Assembly: GCA_964643955.1 (NCBI GenBank)
Contig: CAZXUO010000001.1
Span: 171,828 to 235,827, forward strand
Direction: 5' to 3'
Length of the DNA stretch: 64,000 nucleotides
DNA from: an uncultured Candidatus Saccharibacteria bacterium
GTDB lineage: Bacteria > Patescibacteriota > Minisyncoccia > Phycocordibacterales > UBA918
The notes beneath the pieces were generated by a model. It did no database searches and was not told where the DNA came from. It saw only the letters and a program-made list of their open reading frames with translations. Of the stretch, positions 47,957-57,587 are shown piece by piece. Positions within the stretch are counted from its first letter, which is position 1, and every line of letters starts with the position of its first letter. The position numbers and the translations under genes are program-made.

Positions 47957-48442
47957 ATGGCTCGAAAACCTTCATTCATCCAACGTCTCACTGGTGCAGT
48001 GTCTATTCGTGAATATGACGATGAGATAGAAGATGACCTCGATGAGGATATGCGCGACGATGACGCGCGCGAAAGTGCATGGCAAGAGCCTGCACAAGTC
48101 CAAGAAGAAGGTGAACTCCCTATCGATATGTACCAGACCGGAGAAAAGATTGTCATTCGCGCACTCATTGCCGGTGTAAGTCCAGATGACCTCGATATAG
48201 CGATCACACGCGACATGGTGACTATCAAAGGAGGACGCGAGGAAAACCGCGAGGCACCGGACGAAGACTATTACCATCGCGAGCTCTACTGGGGTGGATT
48301 TTCACGCACCATTCTCCTTCCCGAAGAGATTTTGATTGACGAAGCAGAAGCAAAAGAGAAGCACGGTATGCTCGAAATTATTTTGCCAAAAGTAGACAAG
48401 GACCGCAGTACGAGACTCAAGGTAAAGACAAAGGCGGGATAA
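47957..48442 (+). CDS. Hsp20/alpha-crystallin small heat-shock protein
   Basis: Alpha-crystallin domain (DMYQTGEKIVIRA...GMLEIILPK) with an acidic N-terminus. Confidence 0.8.
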   Translation: MARKPSFIQRLTGAVSIREYDDEIEDDLDEDMRDDDARESAWQEPAQVQEEGELPIDMYQTGEKIVIRALIAGVSPDDLDIAITRDMVTIKGGREENREAPDEDYYHRELYWGGFSRTILLPEEILIDEAEAKEKHGMLEIILPKVDKDRSTRLKVKTKAG

Positions 48443-48447
48443 GAAAT

Positions 48448-48482
48448 AATAAAACCGCCGGCCTAAAGGCCGGCGGTTTTTT
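48448..48482 (+). terminator. Terminator (aaaaccgccggcc taaa ggccggcggtttttt)
   Basis: Perfect 11-bp stem. Confidence 0.8.
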
Positions 48483-48483
48483 G

Positions 48484-48502
48484 GTGCTTGGGGCCGGGTT
48501 CG
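48484..48502 (-). repeat. 19-bp direct copy of the tRNA-Phe 3' end (gtgcttggggccgggttcg; original at 48670-48688)
   Basis: Exact repeat lying 168 bp beyond the tRNA 3' end. Confidence 0.8.
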
Positions 48503-48670
48503 GTCACGAATCACTAAGTCTTTTGTTCACTTCGTTCCAAAAGACTAAGTGTTCGCGACCCCACCTTGGCGCTTCATCCCGCAACGCGGGCGCACCTCCG
48601 GCTTTCTCACCCAGCCAGCAATACATGAGAATAAAAAAGGCCTGCTCGAAGCAGGTCTTTTTTATTCTTG

Positions 48671-48743
48671 TGCTTGGGGCCGGGTTCGAACCGGCGACCC
48701 CTTCCTCTTCAGGGAAGTGCTCTACCAACTGAGCTACCCAAGC
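48671..48743 (-). tRNA. tRNA-Phe (anticodon GAA)
   Basis: Reverse complement is GCTTGGGTAGCTCAGTTGGTAGAGC...CTGAAGA...GGTTCGAACCCGGCCCCAAGCA. Confidence 0.85.
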
Positions 48744-48796
48744 GTCGCTCTATGCTATCGCAAAAAGAGCCTCTAAACAAGGCAAAAAAGCCTTAT

Positions 48797-49087
48797 TTAC
48801 TCCATCATCGAGTCAAAAGCCTTGAACCCCGGCAATTCCCCTATTCCGAGACGAAACTGCTCGTACGAGCCTCCAAAGGCCTCAAAATAGGGCTCAAGGA
48901 CGTAGAAGTAGACTGCAAATGGCAGACCGATGAGGAGCGCAAACCAGATGATCCTGATCCAAAAATCAATAATGCTATTACGGTAGAGTTTCTTAACGAG
49001 AGCAGTGTTCTCGCGCACCAAATCGCTGTTCTCCTTGATTAAACGACCAAGCTCACTGTGAATATCAGATTCCATAGTGCTATTCAT
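48797..49087 (-). CDS. Small hypothetical membrane protein
   Basis: ORF with two TM helices. Confidence 0.3.
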   Translation of the reverse strand: MNSTMESDIHSELGRLIKENSDLVRENTALVKKLYRNSIIDFWIRIIWFALLIGLPFAVYFYVLEPYFEAFGGSYEQFRLGIGELPGFKAFDSMME

Positions 49088-49217
49088 TATATCAAAGCAG
49101 CTCTCATTTAAGCCAAAAGTTGTTCAGTAGCATTGTTAAAAAGCAGATACTTGACTTTTCTTGAAATTTATAGTTAAATCCTCGACAGGAAACGCACCTA
49201 TACACGGAGGATCTCGC

Positions 49218-49916
49218 GTGGAAACATCACGCATCTATGGGTCGAAGAGCAATCTGCGACCCATCTACGTCATGCATGAGGAGGGTCTGGAGTCATCACA
49301 TCTCCAGGCCGTCCTCGATGGTGTCTCTGCGGTCTGCAGGATCGCGGGCGTCGCCGACAAGGTCGGGATCCACAATCTCGGCGCTTGGAGGGGTTCCGGT
49401 TGGCGCGCGGGCAACACGCTCACCAGCTGGAACAGCATCGACTGGTATCTTGCGCATACGCGCAACGCCAGTCGGAACGACCGCCAGCTCCACGGCGGCC
49501 ATCTCATGCAACTGCTCTACAACGAGCCGTGGCAGGAGCTTGCGCCGCACTACGATATCGTGGTGACCCATTCGGATCTGTACGACGACGGGTGCAACTT
49601 CTGCATCGGTCTCGCGATCCGTGGGCTCGGCACGGTCATCTCGACCAACCGGTTCATGGGGCTGGATGCCCGCGCCGCGCGCGAGTGCATCATCACAGAG
49701 ACAATGCACGAGGTCGGTCACGTCTTCGGGCTCGTTCCCGAAGATCGCACCGACAACGTGGAGATGTCGCTTGGGTTGCACTGCACCAACCGGTGCATCA
49801 TGCGGCAGGGGCTCTCGGTGCCCCATGACTGGGTCACGATTACGAACGATCGGCTTGCGGGACATGAGTTCTGCTCGACCTGTCGTCGTGATCTCCGTCG
49901 TTTCTTCTGTACCTAG
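49218..49916 (+). CDS. Archaemetzincin-like zinc metallopeptidase (M54-like), high-GC
   Basis: HEVGHVFG, then GLHCTNRCIM (GxHCxxxCxM), then CSTC about 23 aa later. Upstream is CNFCIGLAIRGLGTVISTNRF. A GTG start is preceded by GGAGGA. Local GC is about 65% against about 48% for the flanks. Confidence 0.55.
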   Translation: METSRIYGSKSNLRPIYVMHEEGLESSHLQAVLDGVSAVCRIAGVADKVGIHNLGAWRGSGWRAGNTLTSWNSIDWYLAHTRNASRNDRQLHGGHLMQLLYNEPWQELAPHYDIVVTHSDLYDDGCNFCIGLAIRGLGTVISTNRFMGLDARAARECIITETMHEVGHVFGLVPEDRTDNVEMSLGLHCTNRCIMRQGLSVPHDWVTITNDRLAGHEFCSTCRRDLRRFFCT

Positions 49917-49974
49917 CGAGCTTCGGCTCAACCCGCTACGTCTTCGGACCTCTGGCGGGCTTTCTTTTGTCTTA

Positions 49975-49996
49975 GTGCCCTCGGCAGGAATCGAAC
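49975..49996 (-). repeat. 22-bp direct copy of the tRNA-Arg 3' end (gtgccctcggcaggaatcgaac; original at 50116-50137)
   Basis: Exact repeat lying 118 bp beyond the tRNA 3' end. Confidence 0.8.
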
Positions 49997-50113
49997 ATTA
50001 CATGTTCAGTACAGGTTGCCGATAATTTTTTCACACGTTCAAAATTATCTGGCAACCTTTTCGATTCCGTGCGACCAACACAAAAAGCCGGACGGGAGTC
50101 CGACTCTTTATGT

Positions 50114-50188
50114 TGGTGCCCTCGGCAGGAATCGAACCTACATCTTTCCCTTAGGACGGGACTGCTCTATCCATTGAGCTACGAAGGC
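50114..50188 (-). tRNA. tRNA-Arg (anticodon CCT), CCA encoded
   Basis: Acceptor GCCTTCG/CGAGGGC with one G-U pair. D-arm GCTCAATGGATAGAGC. Anticodon loop GTCCTAA. T-arm GTAGGTTCGATTCCTGC. The anticodon stem has one mismatch. Confidence 0.7.
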
Positions 50189-50221
50189 AAAACATCGCTC
50201 GGTGGTTCGTTCAAGCGTACT

Positions 50222-50262
50222 TTAGCACAAAACCGCCTCGCGGATGCGAGGCGGTTTTGTGC
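50222..50262. terminator. Bidirectional terminator (aaaaccgcctcgc ggat gcgaggcggtttt)
   Basis: Perfect stem. Confidence 0.8.
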
Positions 50263-50267
50263 GTACC

Positions 50268-50504
50268 TTATGCCATTCCGAGCAGCTCTTTTACCTTTCC
50301 CTGATCAAAACCAACCACCACATCATCACCAATCTTGATGACGGGTACGCCCATTTGTCCGGTCATCTCGATCATCTCCTTTCGTTTTTCAAGATCCGAA
50401 GCAACATCGAAATCCTGAAATGATACGTTATTTTCGGTGAAAAATTCTTTAGCAGCGTGGCAGAAGTGACAAGATGGCGTGCTGTAGATAGTTACTTGTT
50501 CCAT
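50268..50504 (-). CDS. Glutaredoxin-like protein (NrdH/thioredoxin fold, CHFC active site)
   Basis: TIYSTPSCHFCHAAKEFF...GVPVIKIGD motifs. Confidence 0.65.
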   Translation of the reverse strand: MEQVTIYSTPSCHFCHAAKEFFTENNVSFQDFDVASDLEKRKEMIEMTGQMGVPVIKIGDDVVVGFDQGKVKELLGMA

Positions 50505-50585
50505 ATGATGTGGGCTAAAACTCGTAAGTGCACCGTAGTATACCAAATGAATGCACGCTGGGAAATAAAATGTAGGGCTGCGTTT

Positions 50586-50945
50586 TCACGCAGCCCTGTC
50601 GAAAAACATTTTTGCATGCGGTCCATTGATGAGCATGCCGCGACGCCCCTCCCAGTATCCTGGGATCACTGCCCACATGACTATCGCGATCGGAATCGCT
50701 CCGTGTCGCTCCACATTCAGAACCTCAACTTCAAGACGCGTATCGGGGTAGCAAATGAATAGGTCGGCGCCGCGAGTCTCAAAGAGCACTCTCTGTAGGA
50801 GTGTAGACTTTCGGCGAAACCAAAAAGCCCACACTGATTGCCGCTTCTGCATCTCCGTTTCAAACGCCATGTATTCACGCACGCGCCATTCTGGCTGCGG
50901 TGCTGCACGACGGATGAATGGTTCATCCGTAAAAATGTCATTCAT
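50586..50945 (-). CDS. Hypothetical protein
   Basis: ORF only. Confidence 0.3.
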   Translation of the reverse strand: MNDIFTDEPFIRRAAPQPEWRVREYMAFETEMQKRQSVWAFWFRRKSTLLQRVLFETRGADLFICYPDTRLEVEVLNVERHGAIPIAIVMWAVIPGYWEGRRGMLINGPHAKMFFDRAA

Positions 50946-51029
50946 TCTCTCCTCCCGAGAACAGATCAAAGCATACTATTGCACGGAATATATCGGTATT
51001 CAATATATGTCACGCACAAAATGTCTGCC

Positions 51030-51413
51030 CTACCGCCAAAAAAGTAAACGTGAGAAAAAACCTCGTTCCTCTTCTGGTGGCGGCGGGAGCGGAGTGGTTG
51101 TCGCCTTCTCTTCATCCATAATAATGACTGCACGCTCGCCTTCCTTTACGACATCATACCGATGCCGAATCTCGTCTTCGATGCCGCGCGTACTTTGCAT
51201 GTATGCAACCTTCGTCTCAAGTGCCGCGGCGCGCGCATTGAGCTCAACGAGCTCAGCCGAACGTTCAGCGTACTTCACCGCCGTCTCTCGCTCCTTCTGA
51301 TACCGCTCAAATACACTTACACTCAAAAGTCCTGACGCGACGAGGAGAAGCGCAATCGAGGTGCGCGAAAACAACCAACTCTTAATTTTTCTTTTTTCGT
51401 GAAAGTCGAACAC
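51030..51413 (-). CDS. Septum-formation-initiator-like protein (FtsB/DivIC-type: TM segment plus coiled coil)
   Basis: An N-terminal TM segment is followed by a coiled coil (ELNARAAALETKVAYMQ). Confidence 0.45.
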   Translation of the reverse strand: MFDFHEKRKIKSWLFSRTSIALLLVASGLLSVSVFERYQKERETAVKYAERSAELVELNARAAALETKVAYMQSTRGIEDEIRHRYDVVKEGERAVIIMDEEKATTTPLPPPPEEERGFFSRLLFWR

Positions 51414-51579
51414 GTATGATATTATAGCCCCTGAAACGGCCCCTCAGGCCTTGTCCATAATACCAACGCACTATGCTTTTTCATAAAAACACCAAGACTG
51501 CCGTGAAGTGGATCTGGATTATCCTTTCAATCCTGATCATCATCAGTATGGTCTTTGCGTACTCCGCAGGCTACTAGCG

Positions 51580-53376
51580 CTATTCTGAGCGCACCATCTT
51601 CATAAAGACATCCTGCGGGATGTTTACCTTTCCCATTTCTTTCATACGCTTCTTTCCTTTCTTCTGCTTTTCACGGAGTTTCATTTTTCGCGTAATATCG
51701 CCGCCGTAGAGATAGCCGGTCACATCCTTTTTAAGCGCAGAAAGCGTGCGTGAGGAAATAATGCGACCACGCGCTCTTCCTTGAATCTTTGTAACAAACA
51801 TCTGACGAGGGAGAATGGTATAAAGCTTTTCAACCACCGCTTGTGCCTCGAGCTCCGTGCGGCGCGCACCAACAACACGCGCAAACGCAGGGACGATCTC
51901 GTCAGCAACAAGTATGTCGAGTCGCTCCACGTCCGCAGGACGCATACCGGTAATCTCATACGAAAGCGAAGCATACCCTGAGGTCGCATTTTTGAGCTTA
52001 TCGAAAAATGTACGCATGAGTTCACGGAGTGGCATGTCGACATGAAGCAAAGTACGTCCGTCGCCAAACACTTCTGTGTTGGTGATCTCTCCTTCGTGGT
52101 CATAGAGAAGCGTCATGGTCGGACCGAGATAATCCGGTGGAACAATGATCTGCACATCGACCCACGGCTCACGCACCGATGTGGCTGCGCCATGATCAGG
52201 AAAACGCGACGGCGCATAGATGAGCTCGGTATTGCCCTGCGGCCACGTGACCTCGTACGCGATCGATGGCGAGGTGATCACAAGCTCAATATCAAACTCA
52301 CGCTTCAGACGCTCGGTAATAATCTCGAGGTGGAGCATACCGAGGAAACCGCAGCGGAAGCCACGCCCGAGTACACCCGAAGATTCTTCTTCATATGAGA
52401 GCGAAGAATCAGAGAGCTTGAGACGATCGAGCGCTTGGCGGAGCATCGTAAAATCATCCTGACTCTCAGGAAAGACTGACGCCCACACCACGGGCTTCGG
52501 TTCGAAATATCCTGCGAGCGCTTCGGAGCCGCTCTTCGTGCCGATGAGCGTGTCTCCGACTGAGGCAACGCCCGGCTCTTTGATACCCGTCACAATGTAC
52601 CCGATCTCTCCTGCGCCGAGCTTTGGTACCGGATTTTCTTCGGGCGAAAGCATGCCCACTTCAAGCGCGGTAAATGATTTCTTCGCAGCGGCGAACGAAA
52701 GCTGATCACCTTTTTTCACTGCGCCATCAAACACGCGCAAGAACACGATAATGCCGCGATGATTTGAATATTGAAAATCAAAAATGAGACCTCGAAATGC
52801 GTCAACACTCGGCGCGCGTGGCGGCGGAATGGTCGCGCAGATATAATCCAAAAGTTCTGAGACGCCCTCGCCTGTTTTTCCCGACACGCGGCGGACATCT
52901 TCTTTTGCACATCCAAGCAGCGTCACGAGCTCACTCGTCACCTCGTCAATGCGCGCATGCGGCACATCAATTTTTGAAAGCACCGGGATGATCGTGAGGC
53001 CTTCGTCACGTGCCATCTGGAGCGTGGTGAGTGTCTGTGCCTGCACGCCTTGCGTAGAGTCAACGAGCAGGATCACGCCCTCGACAGCTTTGAGTGCACG
53101 CGAAACCTCGTAGGAGAAATCGATGTGTCCCGGCGTGTCGATGAGATTGAGTTCATACTCACCTTTTGCCATAGAGCCCACGGGCGTATACCGCATACGA
53201 ACCGGCTGCATCTTGATCGTGATGCCGCGTTCGCGCTCGAGCTCCATAGAGTCGAGCACCTGCTCTTTCATCTTGCGCGCCTCGACAGTCTTTGTGACCT
53301 CAAGCATGCGGTCAGCCAAGGTCGACTTGCCGTGGTCGATGTGCGCAATAATACTGAAATTACGAATGTGTTCCAT
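51580..53376 (-). CDS. lepA: Elongation factor 4 (LepA)
   Basis: NFSIIAHIDHGKSTLADR, DTPGHIDF and the C-terminal LepA domain. Confidence 0.9.
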   Translation of the reverse strand: MEHIRNFSIIAHIDHGKSTLADRMLEVTKTVEARKMKEQVLDSMELERERGITIKMQPVRMRYTPVGSMAKGEYELNLIDTPGHIDFSYEVSRALKAVEGVILLVDSTQGVQAQTLTTLQMARDEGLTIIPVLSKIDVPHARIDEVTSELVTLLGCAKEDVRRVSGKTGEGVSELLDYICATIPPPRAPSVDAFRGLIFDFQYSNHRGIIVFLRVFDGAVKKGDQLSFAAAKKSFTALEVGMLSPEENPVPKLGAGEIGYIVTGIKEPGVASVGDTLIGTKSGSEALAGYFEPKPVVWASVFPESQDDFTMLRQALDRLKLSDSSLSYEEESSGVLGRGFRCGFLGMLHLEIITERLKREFDIELVITSPSIAYEVTWPQGNTELIYAPSRFPDHGAATSVREPWVDVQIIVPPDYLGPTMTLLYDHEGEITNTEVFGDGRTLLHVDMPLRELMRTFFDKLKNATSGYASLSYEITGMRPADVERLDILVADEIVPAFARVVGARRTELEAQAVVEKLYTILPRQMFVTKIQGRARGRIISSRTLSALKKDVTGYLYGGDITRKMKLREKQKKGKKRMKEMGKVNIPQDVFMKMVRSE

Positions 53377-53430
53377 AGATACGATAGGTACCCACTGTAC
53401 CGAAAAGAACGCCTCTTTACCAGCGTCGAG

Positions 53431-55104
53431 CTATTCGGTCTCCTGTGGAGCGATCGGACGACTCTTCCAAAATCGATGATGAAGTGAGGTGCTTACTTCC
53501 GTCAATTCTGGGCTTCGCGCACTTGCGAGGAATGCAATTCCGGCAGCAATTCCGATAAGTCCTGCAATCACTCCCTGCATAAAGATACCCATGAAGGTCT
53601 CTACACGGAAACCATCAACGAGTGCGTTGAGTGCGATATATGCTGCGGCAGACGCGGTGATTGCGCCACCCACTGAGCGCAAAAATACACCACCGAGATC
53701 GCTCGCGATGCCACGCCCGTACTGATATACAAAAAGACCCGTAAGCACAAATCCATGGATAAGGAATACTGAAGAAAATGCGAGCGGAATGATAAGAATT
53801 TCTGTTCCGGCAACATCCTCAACACGGAAGAAGTCACTGAGGAAGCGTGCAAATGCCGGATGTTGTTCGTAGAAAATAAAGAGGTACCCTGCAAGGAAAA
53901 TAGTGAGTGTCGAAGAAAGCGCGGTTACTAAAAGTGGTGTACGCGTATTGCCTGCCGCGTAGTATGCGCGCACCACAAGTAGATGAACCGCTTGAGACGC
54001 GAGCGCGACGATGAAGAGCGCAAGCGCAGCAGCAGTGAGGCGCGTATCATCCCAATCAAATGCGCCTGAGCCAAGCACGACGCGCACGAGCTGTGCGCGC
54101 AGTACAACGACGAGCGCAAGCGCAGGAATTGACCAAAAGATAATGTGCCTAAGTGCCGTGTAGACGTGCTGCACAAACGCAACACGATCTCCTTCAGAAA
54201 AAAGTCGCGCGAGCGTAGGGAACGCCGCAACTGAGTACGACACGCCGATGATTGCGAGCGGCACAGATTGTAGATTGTACGCAAACTGCATGACCGCGAC
54301 CGAGCCGGTCGCCATAAATGTCGCGAGGCCCGTGAGCGCAAGCAGTACGAATTGCTGCAGCATGAGCGTGAGTGCACGCGGCACCGACACCTTGAGAATC
54401 CTGCCGAGAAGCTCGGTATCAATCTGCATAAGCAAGCGTGGCGAAAGTCCGCTGTGGTGTACAAATGGAATCTGCACGGCCATGTGTGCGAATGCACCAG
54501 CTACCACACCGATTGCCAATCCTTGAATACCCCAAATCGGATAGAGCCACGCGATTCCGACAATAATACCGACGTTGTAGAGGAGCGGACTGATCGCGTA
54601 CAGTACAAACTTTCTATGGAGCTGGGTCACGACACCAAACAAGCTCGAGAGGCTGAGCAGGAATGGCTGTATAAGCATGATGCGCATCATGCTTACGAGG
54701 TGTTGTTGCTCAAGCGGCGAAAAGCCCGGAAAGAACACGTGGCTGATGAGCGGCGCAAACATAAAGATAACGAGTGCAACCGTTGCGTACCAAATGAGAA
54801 ACCACGTGAAGACCGTCGAGATCAGCTCGCGCGCACGCTCAGTGCCTTCGAGGATTCGATCGGCAACAAACGGAATCAATACGTACACCGAGAGCATCGA
54901 CGCAAACGCAACAAACAAAAGATCAGGAATGCGAAACGCAGCGTAGTACACGTCGAGCGTCGCATCAGCACCAAACTGATGCGCCATCAATCGATCTCGA
55001 ATGAGCGCGAGGATTTGAGATCCAAATGCAAAGAGTGCCAAGATATACGCTGCCTCATGGAGGCCACGTATTTCTCGGTACAACACTTGCAGTACGCCGC
55101 GCAC
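53431..55104 (-). CDS. murJ: Lipid II flippase MurJ (MviN)
   Basis: 14-TM MOP-family protein whose N-terminus is conserved with MurJ. Confidence 0.8.
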   Translation of the reverse strand: MRGVLQVLYREIRGLHEAAYILALFAFGSQILALIRDRLMAHQFGADATLDVYYAAFRIPDLLFVAFASMLSVYVLIPFVADRILEGTERARELISTVFTWFLIWYATVALVIFMFAPLISHVFFPGFSPLEQQHLVSMMRIMLIQPFLLSLSSLFGVVTQLHRKFVLYAISPLLYNVGIIVGIAWLYPIWGIQGLAIGVVAGAFAHMAVQIPFVHHSGLSPRLLMQIDTELLGRILKVSVPRALTLMLQQFVLLALTGLATFMATGSVAVMQFAYNLQSVPLAIIGVSYSVAAFPTLARLFSEGDRVAFVQHVYTALRHIIFWSIPALALVVVLRAQLVRVVLGSGAFDWDDTRLTAAALALFIVALASQAVHLLVVRAYYAAGNTRTPLLVTALSSTLTIFLAGYLFIFYEQHPAFARFLSDFFRVEDVAGTEILIIPLAFSSVFLIHGFVLTGLFVYQYGRGIASDLGGVFLRSVGGAITASAAAYIALNALVDGFRVETFMGIFMQGVIAGLIGIAAGIAFLASARSPELTEVSTSLHHRFWKSRPIAPQETE

Positions 55105-55115
55105 GGTATGGATGA

Positions 55116-57587
55116 TTATTCGACCGGAGCTCCTTCACTCGGTGTATTTACGGGTGTAACGAGCGGCGTGTCGGTATCTTCATCGGTCGTGACTGATCCA
55201 TTCTCTTCGCTGACCTGTGGTTCTTCTGGTACTGCTTGCACTGCAGTATCCACGGTATTTACCAGACGTTCACCACGATCAAGTTTGCCGAGTAGCTCCG
55301 TTACGAGCGCATTGTCAGAATTTGTTTCAAGAAGCGTATTGAGCTCAGCGCGTGCGTCTCCCGCTCTATTGAGCTCACTATAGGTGAGTGCAAGGTAGTA
55401 ACGCGCATTTGCATACTGTGCATCAAGCGCTAGTGCCTGCTCAAGATTGGCTGCTGCATCAGCATATCGACGATCCGAGAACTGGAGGAGTCCGAGCTGG
55501 AAAAAGCGAAGCGGATTTTGCGGCTCAAGAATAGTGATTGCGCGCGCTGCATCAATCGCTCCAGCAATATTTCCCGCATCGACATCGAGCTGTGCGAGGA
55601 AGAATATCGCGTCGCTGTAGTTACGCTTCATCGCAAGTGATTCTTCAGTAAACGGACGCGCCTCGTCTTTTCGATCAGCAGCAAACGCGAGCTGTCCGAG
55701 TGAGAGTACTCGGAGCGGATTGTGTGGATCAAACTCGCGTGCCTTATCGAGCGCTTCACGCGCACGATCGTACGAACCCTCTACTTTTGCAGGCACGAGC
55801 GCAGCGTACATATTTGCAAGTACATTCCAGTTGCGCGGATCAGTCTTGTCGGCATTCACTGCTACCTGCGCTGCGTTGATACCGGTGCTAAATGCGTTGC
55901 TAAATTGCTGGCGTTGCTCTTCGGTTGGCTCAGGCACACCCATGAGCGCCTCCATGCGCGCGACTTGATATTCGGCGAGCCGTCGAGCAAAAAGATCATC
56001 GCGAGAAAACTCAAACGCTGCGACTGCTTTTTGCTCAACTTGTTCGAGCGAGCCACCGCTCACCATCGCAACTAATCCCTGATTGAAGGTGTACACGCCT
56101 ACGTAGTGTCGTCCTACAGTATAGAGCGTAAACACTGAGCCTAAGATCAGCACGAGAAATCCCACGACAAAGACAAATGCCATGCGACGATTACCACGCG
56201 TAGCCAGCTCACGCACGCGCTGCGGCATCAAGACATGCGACGACGCAGCAACGAGTCCTGTACAGAGCGCGGCCGTAAGCAGCAGTACCGCACCCGGAAC
56301 ATACACCACCGTCATACACCATATATAGAAGCCTCCGACAAAAGATGCAGTACCAATGAAATACCACGTACGGTCCGTCATGGTCGTACGCAACAGCATA
56401 CGTAATCCCGTAAAGAGATACATGCCAAAAAATACAAGCCACATGATGCCTCCCAAGATGCCGGTGGTCACGAAGAATGTCGGTACGTACCCGAAACCTG
56501 AAGGAAAGTCAGTTGCCCAGAAAATACTATCGTTGATTGAGGCATCCTTGTGAAGTCGCCACGCGTCAGTAAATCGATTTGGTCCGATACCAAAGAGTGC
56601 TTCTGAAGCGTACACGTTGCGTGTGATATCAACCGTTGCTGTAAAGGAAGGACGGACTTCGGTATACGTAATGCCCGTCATGCGCGAGACAGCACCACCA
56701 ATCGTTGCTCCACCGAGCACAAAGACGATCGACGCAACGAGTACTGCGAGCGAGATACCGATAGAGACACCTGAGACAGCCGGACGCATCTCAGTATGTG
56801 CTGCGGCAAATCGATCTTTCGTGAGGCCATAAATAAGTACCGCAAGCGAGATGAGTCCGAGGATGACCCATACTGCAAAAAAATTGATTACAGCAAGCAT
56901 GATGAGCGCGACCGCTACAACGAGACCGAAAAGCGTTTTACCAACCGTTGTAAGTCGTAGTTGCTCAAGCGCAACAAGCGAGAGGATGATGACGAGACCG
57001 AAGAAAATACCGAGGTCATTCCAGCTGCCAAGTGGTGAGAGAAGCGCACTTCCGTCAAAGACACCAAACGAGAGAAATCCTTGACCAAAGACGAGTCGCA
57101 ACACATGGAAGAATGAGAGTACGAAGGTGCTGAGCGCGAGCACAATGAAAAGGTGCATGATTGCTGCGCGGTTATCAACAAGATATGTCCATGCAGATGC
57201 TGCGAGCGCCATGAGCGCAAGAAACGCCACCGTATGTACCTCAAAAGCTTCTCCGACGAGCGCATCACGTATATCACCCGAGAGGAGTGCTGAGACAAGT
57301 GCAATAAATGTCGTCATCCAAAGCGTGACCGGAAGCCATGAAAACCACAACCGCACATTCCCACTCCGAAGTAGTGCAAAACCTGAAAGGAAGAGCGCTG
57401 CAAAGACACCGATGACCACCAAAAATATCTTTGAGTAAATAAACGGCGCAGCGGCAGTTGGGATGAAAAATACTGGGAGGAGACCAAAGACTCCGACAAG
57501 CACGTACTGAGCGATTAATGTAAACTTTGCGCCAAGCGCATCAGCAGCAGCTCCACGTTCGTGTGATGACATATGCAATGAACCCAC
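55116..57587 (-). CDS. O-antigen-ligase-like polytopic membrane protein with C-terminal TPR repeats
   Basis: At least 12 TM helices, a Wzy_C-like loop, and about 6 TPR-like repeats (ALDAQYANARYYLALTY...). Confidence 0.5.
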   Translation of the reverse strand: MGSLHMSSHERGAAADALGAKFTLIAQYVLVGVFGLLPVFFIPTAAAPFIYSKIFLVVIGVFAALFLSGFALLRSGNVRLWFSWLPVTLWMTTFIALVSALLSGDIRDALVGEAFEVHTVAFLALMALAASAWTYLVDNRAAIMHLFIVLALSTFVLSFFHVLRLVFGQGFLSFGVFDGSALLSPLGSWNDLGIFFGLVIILSLVALEQLRLTTVGKTLFGLVVAVALIMLAVINFFAVWVILGLISLAVLIYGLTKDRFAAAHTEMRPAVSGVSIGISLAVLVASIVFVLGGATIGGAVSRMTGITYTEVRPSFTATVDITRNVYASEALFGIGPNRFTDAWRLHKDASINDSIFWATDFPSGFGYVPTFFVTTGILGGIMWLVFFGMYLFTGLRMLLRTTMTDRTWYFIGTASFVGGFYIWCMTVVYVPGAVLLLTAALCTGLVAASSHVLMPQRVRELATRGNRRMAFVFVVGFLVLILGSVFTLYTVGRHYVGVYTFNQGLVAMVSGGSLEQVEQKAVAAFEFSRDDLFARRLAEYQVARMEALMGVPEPTEEQRQQFSNAFSTGINAAQVAVNADKTDPRNWNVLANMYAALVPAKVEGSYDRAREALDKAREFDPHNPLRVLSLGQLAFAADRKDEARPFTEESLAMKRNYSDAIFFLAQLDVDAGNIAGAIDAARAITILEPQNPLRFFQLGLLQFSDRRYADAAANLEQALALDAQYANARYYLALTYSELNRAGDARAELNTLLETNSDNALVTELLGKLDRGERLVNTVDTAVQAVPEEPQVSEENGSVTTDEDTDTPLVTPVNTPSEGAPVE

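Noticed and set aside
49237-50025. Multiple overlapping ORFs on both strands within the high-GC archaemetzincin region
   Set aside because: This is an artefact of high GC. Only the + frame from the GTG at 49218 carries the zinc-site and Cys motifs.
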